This document shows, in pieces, positions 51,372 through 64,000 of a stretch of DNA of 64,000 nucleotides. How positions within the stretch are numbered: position 1 is the first letter of the stretch; each line of letters opens with the position of its first letter. The stretch is from Escherichia phage MET-P1-301, in the sequence record PV700625; one strand, 5' to 3'. A program made the position numbers and the translations under genes. Under the pieces are notes generated by a model. That model was not told where the DNA came from, searched no databases, and was given only the letters and a program-made list of their open reading frames with translations.

Positions 51372-52547
51372 TTAAGCTGTTCTCTGCCACACATACACTA
51401 CAAAAGATGGCTGCTCAACACTGAAAGCTTGACCACCACCAACAGAACCAGATGTCCCTGAGTGTGTATGCTCAGAGCTAGAAACAGTAACAGTGCCTGT
51501 ATGACTGTGCGAACCAATATTAACAGTGTGGCTGTGAGCACCAATTGCGACAGTATGGCTATGAGCACCAGATGATGCAGTTGTACCTGAGAAGCTATGG
51601 GTGTGAGCACCAGCTAAATCAGTATACATAGCATTACCAACACCAGCATCAGCAGATGCAGTAATAGCGTTTGTGCCACCCCTATCATTACCCCTCATAG
51701 GGACTCTATGGTTGTGGTTACCAGCATTACTTGTTGTGCCACTAAACGTGTGAGTGTGAGCACCAGCACTATTAGTCGTTTTTGTACCGTAATCAAAAGT
51801 TGATGTACTTTTTGAACCATAATCAAAACTAGAGATAGATACACTTGCAGAGTGTGTATGACCACCACCTGTTAGATAGATAGAGTGAGTATGTGCTGGT
51901 AAATTATTATTTGTTAATGCTACAGTCTGAGAACCAAACGTTGAACCAACAGGTCTGGAATCTGTATCATAACCAACTAGTGCTCTACCTTTAGAAACTA
52001 ACTCCCAAGTACCTCCACAAAGCAAGTAAGTGGATGGGTTAGCAGAGTTAACAGACAGATGAATAGTCCCCACTGGATATGATGCTTGGATAGCTTTGTA
52101 TAAATTATTAACTGCTTTCGCGGTAGCATATTTATCAGCATCTTCATTGTACAGATTGGATGTTGTCCAGTTCTGAACATTACTTAAACCGACCTGTGCT
52201 TTCGTTGTGTTATGTGGGTTACTTTTGTCGTCAATATGTTGCTGAATTAAGTTATTCACTTCCTCTGACGACATAATTTGTAGATTTGCTCTTGCCTCAG
52301 CAACATTTACAATGTCTGACAAGTTATTAGCTGCAACTAATTGAAGAGAGTTAATAACATTATCAAGACCTACTTGCGATTTCGTTACACCATGAGGGTT
52401 ATTCCTCAAAGATGCGTGAGGTGCTAACAACTGTTCAAGCGTACATCTTTTATCCTCAACACCTTGCTTAAGATGGAAGATATCACTCAAATCAATTGGT
52501 AAGGCCGCTTGTGGCAAGGCACTAATTTGAATTTCACCTACTGCCAT
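51372..52547 (-). CDS. Tail fibre protein (391 aa) with His-x-His repeats
   Basis: AHTHSIYLTGGGHTHS, GAHTHTFSGTT, GNHNHR, GAHSHTVAIGAHSHTVNIGSHSHTG. Confidence 0.65.
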   Translation of the reverse strand: MAVGEIQISALPQAALPIDLSDIFHLKQGVEDKRCTLEQLLAPHASLRNNPHGVTKSQVGLDNVINSLQLVAANNLSDIVNVAEARANLQIMSSEEVNNLIQQHIDDKSNPHNTTKAQVGLSNVQNWTTSNLYNEDADKYATAKAVNNLYKAIQASYPVGTIHLSVNSANPSTYLLCGGTWELVSKGRALVGYDTDSRPVGSTFGSQTVALTNNNLPAHTHSIYLTGGGHTHSASVSISSFDYGSKSTSTFDYGTKTTNSAGAHTHTFSGTTSNAGNHNHRVPMRGNDRGGTNAITASADAGVGNAMYTDLAGAHTHSFSGTTASSGAHSHTVAIGAHSHTVNIGSHSHTGTVTVSSSEHTHSGTSGSVGGGQAFSVEQPSFVVYVWQRTA

Positions 52548-52549
52548 TA

Positions 52550-52852
52550 TTAAGCTCCTACATATTCATATGTGTAAAGGTTTCTTGTACTTGTTGATGC
52601 AGTCCCTGTCTCAGACTTAATGAGATTCCAACCATTAGCCACTAAATCTGGTTGCTCAGTTGCATATGAACGAACTTCACCAACAGTGCCATTTACTTTA
52701 TTCAGCAGGTAGTTGATAATATAGTTGAACCACTGTCTACCCATAGGTTCACCCTTTAAAAGACCTGTCTCTTGAACTTCCGGTGGTGGTAAAACTTTTA
52801 ACTGATTACCATCAGTATCTACTTCGTTTGTAGACCAATTTAGAACTGCCAT
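52550..52852 (-). CDS. hypothetical tail/baseplate-associated protein (100 aa)
   Basis: Position between baseplate and fibre genes. Confidence 0.4.
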   Translation of the reverse strand: MAVLNWSTNEVDTDGNQLKVLPPPEVQETGLLKGEPMGRQWFNYIINYLLNKVNGTVGEVRSYATEQPDLVANGWNLIKSETGTASTSTRNLYTYEYVGA

Positions 52853-53706
52853 TAAGAATTTCCTTCTTGTTGTGATTTATCTTTTCTGCCTTTGACAATT
52901 TGCGCAACCTCAGCCATGATTCCGTATGCACCACCTGCAATAGCTTCTTTACCAACGATGAAATAACCACTATTATTAGACCTATCTACAGTCATATAAT
53001 CATCGCTCTGCGAGTTTGCTGTTCTGTCAACCTTAAAGTAACCATCAATAACACCAGCATCTGCAAGGCTACCTACTAAGTTGGACTCCAGAGAGCCACC
53101 AGTATTATTTGTGACAAGACCTCTGTTAGCATCAGTTACAAACCAGTTCTCTTTATCATCAACAATAGCAAGTGATGAATCAGCAACCTCTACAGGTGTC
53201 CAAGCAGTCCCATTTAAAGTAACATCTCTTAAGATAACAGCGGAGCCAGTAGTTGTTGCAGAAATCTTTGACAGCGTATATGCAGCATCTAGAACGCTTT
53301 TTCTAGTGTTGATACGGATAACGATACCACCAGTCTTAGGAGTAATATGCTCAAAAATCTGAGAGAAAGTTGCACCATATAGTGTCATAATTGCTTTTTG
53401 CAAGAATGTTGGGGTGGTGTCAGAGCGTCTTAGGAAGATTTGGATATAAAGCATAGCTCTATATGTTTCATCATCTGCACCTAAAGGTCTAGGAACTTTA
53501 ATCAGTGAGCCAATATTATCAAGTTGTTGGCCTACTGACGTCCTGATATTTCTCTCTGTGTGCATCTGCCAGCAAACATCCTCTAATGTTTGTAGCTCAT
53601 CAGTGATTGCTTTCAAGATACTTGTATAGATAAATTTATCTTTAAACTGTGTTACAGTCCTTTCATCAAGTGTTTTATAATAAACACTATCAATCTTTTC
53701 AAACAT
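52852..53706 (-). CDS. Baseplate protein (P2 gpI-like position)
   Basis: Synteny downstream of the gpJ-like gene. Confidence 0.45.
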   Translation of the reverse strand: MFEKIDSVYYKTLDERTVTQFKDKFIYTSILKAITDELQTLEDVCWQMHTERNIRTSVGQQLDNIGSLIKVPRPLGADDETYRAMLYIQIFLRRSDTTPTFLQKAIMTLYGATFSQIFEHITPKTGGIVIRINTRKSVLDAAYTLSKISATTTGSAVILRDVTLNGTAWTPVEVADSSLAIVDDKENWFVTDANRGLVTNNTGGSLESNLVGSLADAGVIDGYFKVDRTANSQSDDYMTVDRSNNSGYFIVGKEAIAGGAYGIMAEVAQIVKGRKDKSQQEGNS

Positions 53707-53708
53707 TA

Positions 53709-55177
53709 TTACTCCTTAGTGATGGTATACTGGCTACTTTCCCAAACAGTATATTGGTCACCGTCAACAGTAATTCTTGCTGTAGTATATTGTCCGTCAC
53801 TAGGTGGAACTGATTGGCTGTTTGATAATGCTACTTTCACCTCATTAATCTCAATACCTTTAATTACATCATAGATATATCCGTAGATTCTGTTAGGGAT
53901 AACGTCATTACCAACCTTAAGAGTTCTTCCGTAGGCATTAATACCTTGTACAATACTGTCTCTGATATCCTCTTCAGGGATTGTCAAGCTTTCTTCGTCA
54001 TATAATGAGTAAGATACTTTAACAAATGCGTATTTTGGTGTTGGTCTGCTAAAGTAAATATTATGTGCTAAACCACCTAAATCATGGGCTGTACCAAAAA
54101 TTGAGCCGTAAGCTCTAATACCAGCAGGTTTTGTATCCCAGATTGCTTGAGCAACATTATCATTTTGACCACCGACTACGACAATCTTAAAAGATTTTGG
54201 TGGAAGACCTTCTGAGTTCGTCTCTTCAGTATCATTTTCAACACCTGAAGCATCTGAGACACCTTGAACCCTTTTAACAGCAGCTACAATTGCATCCAAA
54301 GTCCCTACACCAGTAACTGCTAAGGATTCTAAATACCTCTGTCTAAGTTCTGTGTCAGTTTCTTCGTTTCTACCAGTTGTTAAGTCATACCTGTTATAGA
54401 TGCTGTCAAGGCCATCAACAGTGGTTTCAATCTCAATAAGAGTCCCAGCTAAAGCAGGAATAGCACCAACCTCTTCAGCTACTACATCTGAGATAGTTGT
54501 AATCTTTGTAAATGTCAGAAACGTTGTCGCAGTAACAACCATAGGGTTTGTTCTTGCAATAATATCACCCTCATCTTTATAGACTCTTAATGAGGCTCCA
54601 TCATTGATAACTTCTGCTTTTGCTACAATACCACCATTAATAGCCTCTGCTAATTTAGTTAGTAGTGTGGTAATTGTGTCTGATGAGGTTGGTTTATATG
54701 AGAAAATAACGTTATCAATAATAATAACATAATCTGCATCAGTTCGTAAAGAGTTAACTTCAAGAACAGCTTCAACACAATATGATGGGGTAAGGGTAAT
54801 ATTGTTAACTGGATAAAAGATATTTCCAGCAGTACTTCTCAATCTTGTTGTTGAAGAGATGGTAGCACCAGTTGTTCCAGTGAACTCAACCTGACCCCTT
54901 GTTGCCTGAGCAACATATCTGTATACAGCATTCAAAGCTGTGATATCATCAAGGTTAAATCCTTCAGCCTTGTCAATTGTCCCACCGTCATAGATTTCTG
55001 ATAGAATCTCATGTGTATCTGCTAAAGACCTTGCAATTGAAGCTAGGAAGAGACCTAATTGGCTATCTTCAGAAACGTCAAGGTTTGGTGAAATATCTCT
55101 AAGAAGTCTTGATTTGATATTATCAAAAATTTCCTGATATCTTAGAGTTTGTAATCCTGTTGTAGTTAATCCTGCCA

Positions 55178-55178
<1 letters not shown>
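53709..55178 (-). CDS. Baseplate J-like protein (T4 gp6 / P2 gpJ family)
   Basis: Size (489 aa) and position between gpW-like and gpI-like genes. Confidence 0.5.
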
Positions 55179-58653
<3,475 letters not shown>

Positions 58654-60557
58654 TGGTCTTTTGGGTTTGTAATATTTGCAACAGCATTTTCAAATGGTTT
58701 TGGAAGTGTAACTTCACTGTAGTTTTTAGCAGCATTTGGGTCTGTAGAACCTCTTAGCATCAATGCAGAGCCAACAGTACCAAGTGCCATTCTCGTTGCT
58801 GTAACTCCACCTGCCGCTGCGGCTGCTTCTCCTGCTGCTGCTGTACCTGCTGCACTAACACCAAGTCTTTGTAAGATTTTACCAAAGATGCCACCACCGA
58901 CCAAACCACTTAGGAGCTTGACTGATTTTGATACTACAGCAACTGCACCACCAATTGTCACGACTGTTCCCAGAAATTCACCAGCACTTTTGATTAGCTT
59001 TTGCTGACTGTTGTCAAGGTCTTTATACCAAGCTCTTGCATAGTAATACAATGCAGATGTTCTGTACATGAAGTCTGTAACGAAGTCAAGCAGATTACTA
59101 GCACCTTTTAACAGGTTTCCAATCACAACACCCAAAGCTTGTGTACTACCCAAAGAACCTTGTAAGAACATTGCAACAGAGTTAGATAACTGTGAAATAC
59201 CATCACTAGAGTTGTTGAACAGTGCTACAAGCGTGTTGTCCCACATTGCCTTAGCTTGACCCATTGACGTAGCAGTCTGCTTAGATACGGCGTTCATACC
59301 ACCTGCTTGTTTGACAAGCTCAGCCATTCTTTCAGACACTTTAGGCAGAACGTCTTGAGCAAGAAGTTTCCCGTCTTGCATCATCTTATCAAGTTCTTGT
59401 GGAGTCTTCCCAATAGCATCAGCGAATAGCTGCACAGCACCTGCTAAACGGTCACCTAACTGTCCACGAAGTTCTTCTGCCTGAACTTTACCTTTTGATG
59501 CCATCTGCTGGAATGCAACCATGATACCTTTCAAGTCTTCATCAGTAGCACCCCTGATACGGGCAAACATTGCAGCATTCTTATAGAACTCTTGAGTACC
59601 CTGAAAACCAAGTGTTGGTTGAGCACCAGCAGCAAAGTTTGAGTACTGCTTCATGGTATCTGTGTAGTTCTGACCAATCTGGTGTGCGAATGATGCAGCG
59701 AACATTCTGGCTTGCTGTGTATCTGCTCCAAAGATAGCTGTAGAGGCTAACTGTGCAGATTGTCTTTTACACCAGCCTCAATAGTCTTTTGTGATAGTTC
59801 CAGTAAAGCGTAAGCTGAAACAAAACCACCAACTAATTGACGTAATGATGCGTTAGCTCTATCCTGTAGCCAAGCTGATTCTTTAACTGATTTTAGTCTA
59901 GCATTTTCTGCAATAACCCAACGTTTGGTTACGTCGATGAGCTTTTTAACTTCCATCTCATACTCACCAACCTTACCAGTACCTTTATATCTGTTGTAGA
60001 TATTTTGCAAGCTCCCTCTGAAAGAGGCTGCCATTTGGTTACCTTGACCACCGATTGTTTCCAGTCTACGGGTTAACCCTGAATAGAAGTTATTATTAAA
60101 CATTCTTTCCATTTGTCTCTGAGCAACATCTACTCTCGGACCTCTGGGTGCTCCACCACCAACAGGAGGAATGTTCTGTCCACCTCTTCCTCTACCTGTC
60201 TTGATAGTAACTTTACCGTCAACCTTCATAGCATCTTTTAAAGACTTGTTAATACCCTTTGCAGTCTTTTTTGCTTGAGTTTCAAGTCTCTTAAGAGATT
60301 TAACACCTTGTGAATCAAGGTTCAAGGAACTGTTGAGTGCTTTATTGATTCTGCCCGAAGCAGACTGAGCATTTTTACAATTCTATTAAGTGCTTCCTGA
60401 GAACTTTTATTAGGCTTCACATCAAAGGCTTTATTAATATTTCTCTCAATACGTTGAGCAGCTTGCATAGACATCTTCTCAACTCTTTGCAAGCCCTTAA
60501 TAACCTTTTCACTGAAACCAAGTTCCACAATGAAGCTATCAACTGTATATTGTGCCA

Positions 60558-61196
60558 TTACATTTTTCCTGCTCTTCTAAGTTCGTTGTAAGCAATTTCC
60601 TCTTTATACGACCTCTGAATCTCAAGAAATTGTCTCAATGATAATAAATCAGAGAATGTCATAGCAAAGAGTTGGTCAAGTGTTTCTTTACACCCTTCCA
60701 TACCATAAATAGCAAGCACAAATTTCATCTCGTCTGCTTCTTCATAGGTTGCCTCTACAGCAGCATCAGTCAGTGGTGTCTGTAGAGTATTGCCTATGTT
60801 TACTGAGAAGTTAGGCTTTTGAAAATGCTTGCTTCGAAAACTTCCGAAGTTTGCCTCCAGCGCAAATGCTAAGTAATCAATAAACTCGCCGTAGTTTGCT
60901 TGGAAGTACGTATCAATATTAAGTGGGAAGTCATCAACAGTTGCCCCTTGAAATAGTAATGTAGCCATTTCTTCAAGGTTAATTTCTTCAATTCTGTCAA
61001 AACAAGCTTCAACAAGTTCTTTAAATGGAACCATTGGAGCTTCTTTCTTGTCTTTATCAGTCAGACTTGACAGCATCTGTGCAAAGGTTGGGACAACAAT
61101 TTTACCCAACTTCATAGACATCTTAATACCATCTCTTGCCCCAAGCAGAACAATATTTACTTTCTTACCATTAATTACTCTAGATTCTGTTTTCAT
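60558..61196 (-). CDS. Tail assembly chaperone-like protein
   Basis: 212 aa between tube and tape measure (P2 gpE position). Confidence 0.4.
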   Translation of the reverse strand: MKTESRVINGKKVNIVLLGARDGIKMSMKLGKIVVPTFAQMLSSLTDKDKKEAPMVPFKELVEACFDRIEEINLEEMATLLFQGATVDDFPLNIDTYFQANYGEFIDYLAFALEANFGSFRSKHFQKPNFSVNIGNTLQTPLTDAAVEATYEEADEMKFVLAIYGMEGCKETLDQLFAMTFSDLLSLRQFLEIQRSYKEEIAYNELRRAGKM

Positions 61197-61267
61197 TGTG
61201 ATTCCTTAATACTTTTAAAAGAAACAAAAAAGGGAAGACCTTTTAAAGTCTCCCCTTATAGGATTTA

Positions 61268-61678
61268 TTAAACACTTGACGCTGGAATTGTAGAAGTGTA
61301 GTCTAGCTTCTCACAACCAAAAATCCAAGTTTTAGAGTTCTGGTCACGACCAAGTTCAATCTGCAGTAATTCCTGCAACCAAGCATTAATACCAGTTGCC
61401 AGAACAGAGCCTGATGGGTCGTAGATTACGAAGTTAGAAGAGATATCTTCTTCAAGTTCCATATTGTCTTGTTTAGCTTGAATTGCAGAAAGCATCTGGT
61501 TAGAGAGAGAAGTCTGCATTAGCTCAATCTCAATAGTACCTGTCTTGTCTGCATTTCTTGTCAGAGCAACTTGACCACCCGCACCTACAACTGGTGTCAC
61601 AAGTGGTGATGTTCTCTGTAGACGTAAGAATGAGTCTGGGGCAAAGCCTTCAATGGCAATACCATTCCAGCTACACAC
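61268..61678 (-). CDS. Tail tube protein
   Basis: 136 aa directly downstream of the sheath gene (P2 FII position). Confidence 0.5.
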   Translation of the reverse strand: MCSWNGIAIEGFAPDSFLRLQRTSPLVTPVVGAGGQVALTRNADKTGTIEIELMQTSLSNQMLSAIQAKQDNMELEEDISSNFVIYDPSGSVLATGINAWLQELLQIELGRDQNSKTWIFGCEKLDYTSTIPASSV

Positions 61679-61728
61679 AACGTCTTTAGGGAATATTGCT
61701 GATACATAGCCATTCCAATTTACCTCTA

Positions 61729-63081
61729 TTATTCGTAAGCCACTGTACCTTTCAAGTCAACATCCAAGATAGCCCCTGCTAAGATACCTGAGAAGGTAAC
61801 GTCTTTCAGGATACGAGCTTTCTTGTCTGCTAAAGCAACTTGAGAGGCTTTAGGAACATTAACTGTGTAAGATGACAGGAAGTTTCTGTTGACTGCTCTT
61901 TGCAGAGAGGTTTCAATGACTTGACGAATACGGGTAATACCAGTATCATCATAAGTAATCTTACCACCCTTCTGATTAATTAGCAAGTCTCTCAGAGAAG
62001 TTTTCAGGTCTGATTCTAACCAGTCAACACCACGGATGATATCAATCCATTCCCCACCAGAAGTAATACCTCTGCGAACCACTGGAACACCACCATCAAG
62101 GTCAATAAAGTTACAGTGACGTGCATCTAAAGCTGACTTCTGAATACTTGTCAGAGGTCTCTGATTAGATGGCTGTAGAGAAGCAGCTACGCCAGTTAAC
62201 TGTGCATTACCCCAAGCAATTGAACCTGCATCATACGGAGCACCATAAGCGATGTATGCCATTTCTGGATAGTCTTCTGCTGCTGTGTGATGCCACAAGC
62301 AAACGGTACGAGTGTACTGACTCTTAGCAAGCTGTGCTGGAACATCGTTTGCACTAGCTAATTCTGTGCCTTGTAGGGCTGTTACATCGGAGTTAGCTGT
62401 AAAGAAAATCTTCTTACGAGCTTGAATCTCAGAAGCCATTGCTAAGACAAACTGTTGAGTTCTGTCTTCTGCTGCAATGAAATACCAGTCAGTTGAATAA
62501 GCTTCAATAGCTGCCAGAGCAGTCGATGCTGTGTCAGCAGTTGTGCTTGCAATTGACACTGTTTGTGCTGTAGTAGTAACCTTCACGAAGTCATTGTCGC
62601 CAGCTTTGGTGATTACCATTGTTGCTGAACCGCCAGCACCAGTTACATTGACAGTAACAAGGTCTTTTACAGAAGGTTCCGCTTCAATCTGAGTTTTAAG
62701 CTGCTGTAGCACCTTCTCAGCAGTATCTTCTGACTGTGAAGTGTACTGGAATGGCTGAGAGATTCCACCGCTCACAGCTACAGTCAAAGAATAATCGGTG
62801 CTCTCAGTAACTTCATCAGGAATTGATACAGTGTACTGCATAGCACGTCTACCAATATAAAGCTGAGTTACTTTAGGAGTCTGACTCCAAAGTTGTTTAG
62901 CAGCCTTATATGCAGCAGAGTTTTCATCGAAATCTTCAGCAACTTCAGTTAAGGAAGTGTAACCACGGACTCTTTCTTCAAAGTTATCTGTTGAAGCTAA
63001 AAATAGTGGCAGCCCAAAACCTTCTCTTGTAGTTCCTGCGGTGTTCAATGTAATATCTACATTAACAATTGGATTCCACAT
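61729..63081 (-). CDS. Contractile tail sheath protein
   Basis: 450 aa, Thr/Ala-rich, upstream of the tube gene (P2 FI position). Confidence 0.6.
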   Translation of the reverse strand: MWNPIVNVDITLNTAGTTREGFGLPLFLASTDNFEERVRGYTSLTEVAEDFDENSAAYKAAKQLWSQTPKVTQLYIGRRAMQYTVSIPDEVTESTDYSLTVAVSGGISQPFQYTSQSEDTAEKVLQQLKTQIEAEPSVKDLVTVNVTGAGGSATMVITKAGDNDFVKVTTTAQTVSIASTTADTASTALAAIEAYSTDWYFIAAEDRTQQFVLAMASEIQARKKIFFTANSDVTALQGTELASANDVPAQLAKSQYTRTVCLWHHTAAEDYPEMAYIAYGAPYDAGSIAWGNAQLTGVAASLQPSNQRPLTSIQKSALDARHCNFIDLDGGVPVVRRGITSGGEWIDIIRGVDWLESDLKTSLRDLLINQKGGKITYDDTGITRIRQVIETSLQRAVNRNFLSSYTVNVPKASQVALADKKARILKDVTFSGILAGAILDVDLKGTVAYE

Positions 63082-63681
63082 TTATTTTACCCCTTTGGAG
63101 TCTACATCTAGATGGATAGTATATTCTGGTGGCTCTTGTCCTTCTTCGTAAACTAATTCACCATCAACAATGACACGCTCAATAATACTTCCACGTTCAT
63201 CTTTCAGGACTGAATTTTTTACAAGAGTTACAACAAGAGGTGCAGAATTTTCGAAATCTGTATTAAGATAAGTGTAGTCATTTGGGATAGCTCCAGTGTC
63301 TAGAACTGTAGCTCCTGTCTCTTCAAGAATTAAATCCCTGACTGAACTCATCTCTAATCGTTGTTTAAGCTCAAGCATAATACTGTGAGCACCTTTACCA
63401 TTCACCGTAATTAGTACAGGAATCTGAAAAGCAATTCTGTAGCAAACTACATCATCCTCAACAAACTTATCAAGAACCCAACCATAAGGTGTTGCAGCAT
63501 CTTGACAATATACGGTAATAAATGGCTGGTCAGGTTTTAAACCTTTGTCATTTGAGTTATCAGAAGGGTAAGCTCTAATTACATTTGGTCTATTATTTTT
63601 ATCACGAGCTAGTCTGTGACCAATAACATCCACTAAGGTTCTAACTAGACCTTTTTCAAGTTCTGCTGTTTCTAACTGCAT
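63082..63681 (-). CDS. hypothetical virion/tail protein (199 aa)
   Basis: ORF coupled to the sheath gene. Confidence 0.4.
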   Translation of the reverse strand: MQLETAELEKGLVRTLVDVIGHRLARDKNNRPNVIRAYPSDNSNDKGLKPDQPFITVYCQDAATPYGWVLDKFVEDDVVCYRIAFQIPVLITVNGKGAHSIMLELKQRLEMSSVRDLILEETGATVLDTGAIPNDYTYLNTDFENSAPLVVTLVKNSVLKDERGSIIERVIVDGELVYEEGQEPPEYTIHLDVDSKGVK

Positions 63682-64000
63682 TCATTTTATCCCTTCTAAT
63701 AATGATATATTCATAATGGGACGTATGGGCTAATTGCTGTGACCAATCCATAGTCATAAATACTTCATACTCATGACCATCAATCATAACAATGTCAGAC
63801 TCATTCCACTCTACATCATCTGAAGTTCTAAGTTTATATGTAGTATACAGGATTCTTGTATCGGTAAGCCTGATACCTTCCGGTAAAGCAATCTGTGTAC
63901 CATTCTTTACAGAACCTTTGATATATGGCTGGATATTACCTTTGCAGTTAACCTCTACAATATCTTGTGAAGCTACCCAATCACCATCATCATTGTAGTA
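63682..64000 (-). CDS. hypothetical structural protein, 3' portion only (truncated by window edge)
   Basis: Open minus-strand frame runs to the window end with no start inside. Confidence 0.3.

Noticed and set aside
52775-52795. Chi-like recombination hotspot (GGTGGTGG)
   Set aside because: Not an exact GCTGGTGG Chi octamer, and a single GT-rich occurrence in coding sequence is expected by chance.

Overview
The window reads as a contiguous piece of a virulent, low-GC tailed phage genome (myovirus-type tail module), with no rRNA, tRNA or CRISPR array that I could detect. It has four transcriptional blocks: (i) a left non-coding region (1-980) packed with phased short repeats; (ii) a leftward array of about 18 small early ORFs (1043-7508), most preceded by one of two conserved ~75-nt leader cassettes (GC hairpin plus GGAGA Shine-Dalgarno); (iii) a long leftward block (8015-37323) with a macro-domain protein, overlapped Rz/Rz1 spanins, a lytic transglycosylase, rIIB/rIIA, an NAD+ salvage pair (NadV, Prs), HNH and GIY-YIG homing endonucleases, NrdG/NrdD, glutaredoxin, NrdB/NrdA, a 5'-3' exonuclease, SSB, a T7 gp4-like primase-helicase and dNMP kinase; (iv) a rightward block (37549-48283) with family-A DNA polymerase, ATP-dependent DNA ligase, a repeat-flanked two-gene cassette, an HTH regulator, DHFR and thymidylate synthase; and (v) a leftward late block (48320-64000) with His-repeat tail fibres and P2-like baseplate, tape measure, tube and sheath genes. 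The gene content suggests a Felix-O1-like phage, but that is inference from memory, not a search result. Many conserved genes are broken by single-base frameshifts at homopolymer runs, most likely sequence errors; I report these as merged CDS. The most interesting candidates are the phage NAD+ reconstitution module (NadV+Prs) with a separate macro-domain protein, the leader-cassette early-gene array, and the direct-repeat-bracketed cassette at 43005-44800. All product calls rest on motif recognition by eye.
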